DNA from: Candidatus Fraserbacteria bacterium
GTDB taxonomy: Bacteria; Bipolaricaulota; Bipolaricaulia; RBG-16-55-9
Assembly (NCBI GenBank): GCA_037443265.1
Contig: JBBIOR010000013.1
Coordinates: 12,192-47,376 of the forward strand
DNA: 35,185 nt
Reading direction: 5' to 3'
The notes beneath the pieces are model-generated. The model saw nothing but the letters and a program-made list of their open reading frames with translations, did no database searches and was not told the origin of the DNA. This document shows positions 34,066 to 35,185 of the stretch, piece after piece; position 1 is the stretch's first letter; each line of letters begins with the position of its first letter. The translations under genes were made by a program, and so were the position numbers.

Positions 34066-35184
34066 TCAGTCTTGACCGATCTGCTCGTCTTCAACCTCCG
34101 CGCCGATTTGCCGGAGCGTCTCCTTCACCTTGTGTTCTAGGGTCGTCCTCTTGATACCGCTCTGCGAGCGGGCATGGAGGTGCACCTTGATCTCAATATC
34201 AGCGCCCTCCTGCTGTAAGGGCATGAGGACGCCACGCAGGAAATCTGAGAGCTTGTTCGATGGGAGCTTAATACGCATATCCAGCGCACGGATGGCTTCA
34301 CTCGCACGTGGCGTGACGGTCGCAGCACCGGACGGTTCCCCCGTTCCTTCCCCACCGGCTACGGCCACACCTTCTTCGGGACGCCTTTCACCAGCCTCTT
34401 CAGGACGAGGTGCGACCCTCTCCTTACGGATGAGAATGGCATCTTGCAGTGCTGAAGCGGGTGCCGATTCATTGAAATAGATTCGTTCTCCAGTGCGCAG
34501 TGCAAATTCTCCGTCCTGGACACCTTGGGATACAGCCTGCTCTAACACCTGCTTGCCCTCCAACATCGGAAGGTGTGGGTATCGCAGAAACGCCTCATAG
34601 ATCTCAGCGAGAGCTTTCTCTGTTTCGCCTTCACCCACGGCCTTCTGCAACACGTGCCGTGGCGAGATCCGATCCAGCAAGAGTTCCTGACCCTTCAAGT
34701 ATTCGTATGCTCGCTTGGCCAGAGTATTTTTGACGCCAGCCGTGGGTAAACCCAGATCGAATTGTGCAACCCCTCGATCACTGGCTTTTATCAGCCGTCG
34801 ATACGCGGAGAGCAATCCAAACGAGATCTTCCCCTCGGCATCCTTGAGCCGCGCCTCCAGCGTCTCACGGTTCTCTTCGGAGAGCTGACGCACCACGCTC
34901 CTGTCATCCCGTATCGAGCGAAGCGCGAGATAGCGCTTCACTAAGCGATAGAGCTCTGAGAGTTCAGCAGCGTCCGGTGCGAGGATCATTAGAGTATTCT
35001 TGTACACTCGGAACGTAGAGCCGCTCTTCTCAACTAGTTCGCATATGAAGGTTTCATTGGCTTGCTCCCCCTCCAGCACTGCGAGTTTCAATTCCTTCGT
35101 GTCCGGGACATCGCTCGGATCATGAGGGTGGAGATAGACCTTCAGCTCTCGACCAGCGAGCCCCTCCAGCCGGTCGAAGATCTC
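34066..35184 (-). CDS. C-terminal part of a DUF499-like AAA+ ATPase, partial (starts beyond the right edge)
   Basis: The frame stays open to the edge: EIFDRLEGLAGRELKVYLHPHDPSDVPDTKELKLAVL...RVYKNTLMILAPD...AY..L...YPHLPML...AVSQGVQDG.F. This matches my recollection of DUF499 C-terminal motifs. The ATPase domain is not in the window. Confidence 0.65.
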   Translation of the reverse strand, partial: EIFDRLEGLAGRELKVYLHPHDPSDVPDTKELKLAVLEGEQANETFICELVEKSGSTFRVYKNTLMILAPDAAELSELYRLVKRYLALRSIRDDRSVVRQLSEENRETLEARLKDAEGKISFGLLSAYRRLIKASDRGVAQFDLGLPTAGVKNTLAKRAYEYLKGQELLLDRISPRHVLQKAVGEGETEKALAEIYEAFLRYPHLPMLEGKQVLEQAVSQGVQDGEFALRTGERIYFNESAPASALQDAILIRKERVAPRPEEAGERRPEEGVAVAGGEGTGEPSGAATVTPRASEAIRALDMRIKLPSNKLSDFLRGVLMPLQQEGADIEIKVHLHARSQSGIKRTTLEHKVKETLRQIGAEVEDEQIGQD

Positions 35185-35185
35185 T

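Overview
A compact, gene-dense bacterial chromosomal window that is mostly housekeeping, with very regular sigma70-type promoters. Left to right it holds: the 5' part of an SLC13/TrkA-C permease; an M3 oligoendopeptidase; a divergent four-gene envelope-stress-like operon (PspA/IM30, two TPM-domain proteins with Zn ribbons, and an atypical LemA); a DinB-family gene; tRNA-Pro; dnaX-ybaB-recR plus an MDR oxidoreductase; a histidine kinase/OmpR-type regulator pair facing away from a secreted beta-rich protein; coaBC; a DUF3105-polyprenyl synthase-spoVS-argS-ftsY operon, head-to-head with menA-CPBP protease-acyl-CoA dehydrogenase; a 2-oxoacid dehydrogenase operon (lipA, E1-alpha, two E1-beta, E3, no E2); a PduS/RnfC-like flavoprotein lacking Fe-S motifs; mnmA; a degenerate cupredoxin; two tRNA-Ser genes followed by a large Alu-type SRP RNA; pyrD-pyrC; tRNA-Arg; and the 3' end of a DUF499-like ATPase that may mark the edge of a defence island. 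The most notable observations are: the two E1-beta genes share a 536-bp 5' block with no mismatch I could find but have divergent 3' halves; the PspA-TPM-TPM-LemA operon; the Fe-S-less PduS-like protein; a PyrD with Thr at the catalytic base position; several leaderless transcripts; and four tRNA genes that all encode CC but not CCA. Family assignments come from recognising motifs by eye, with no database searches. Taxonomy cannot be fixed from this window.
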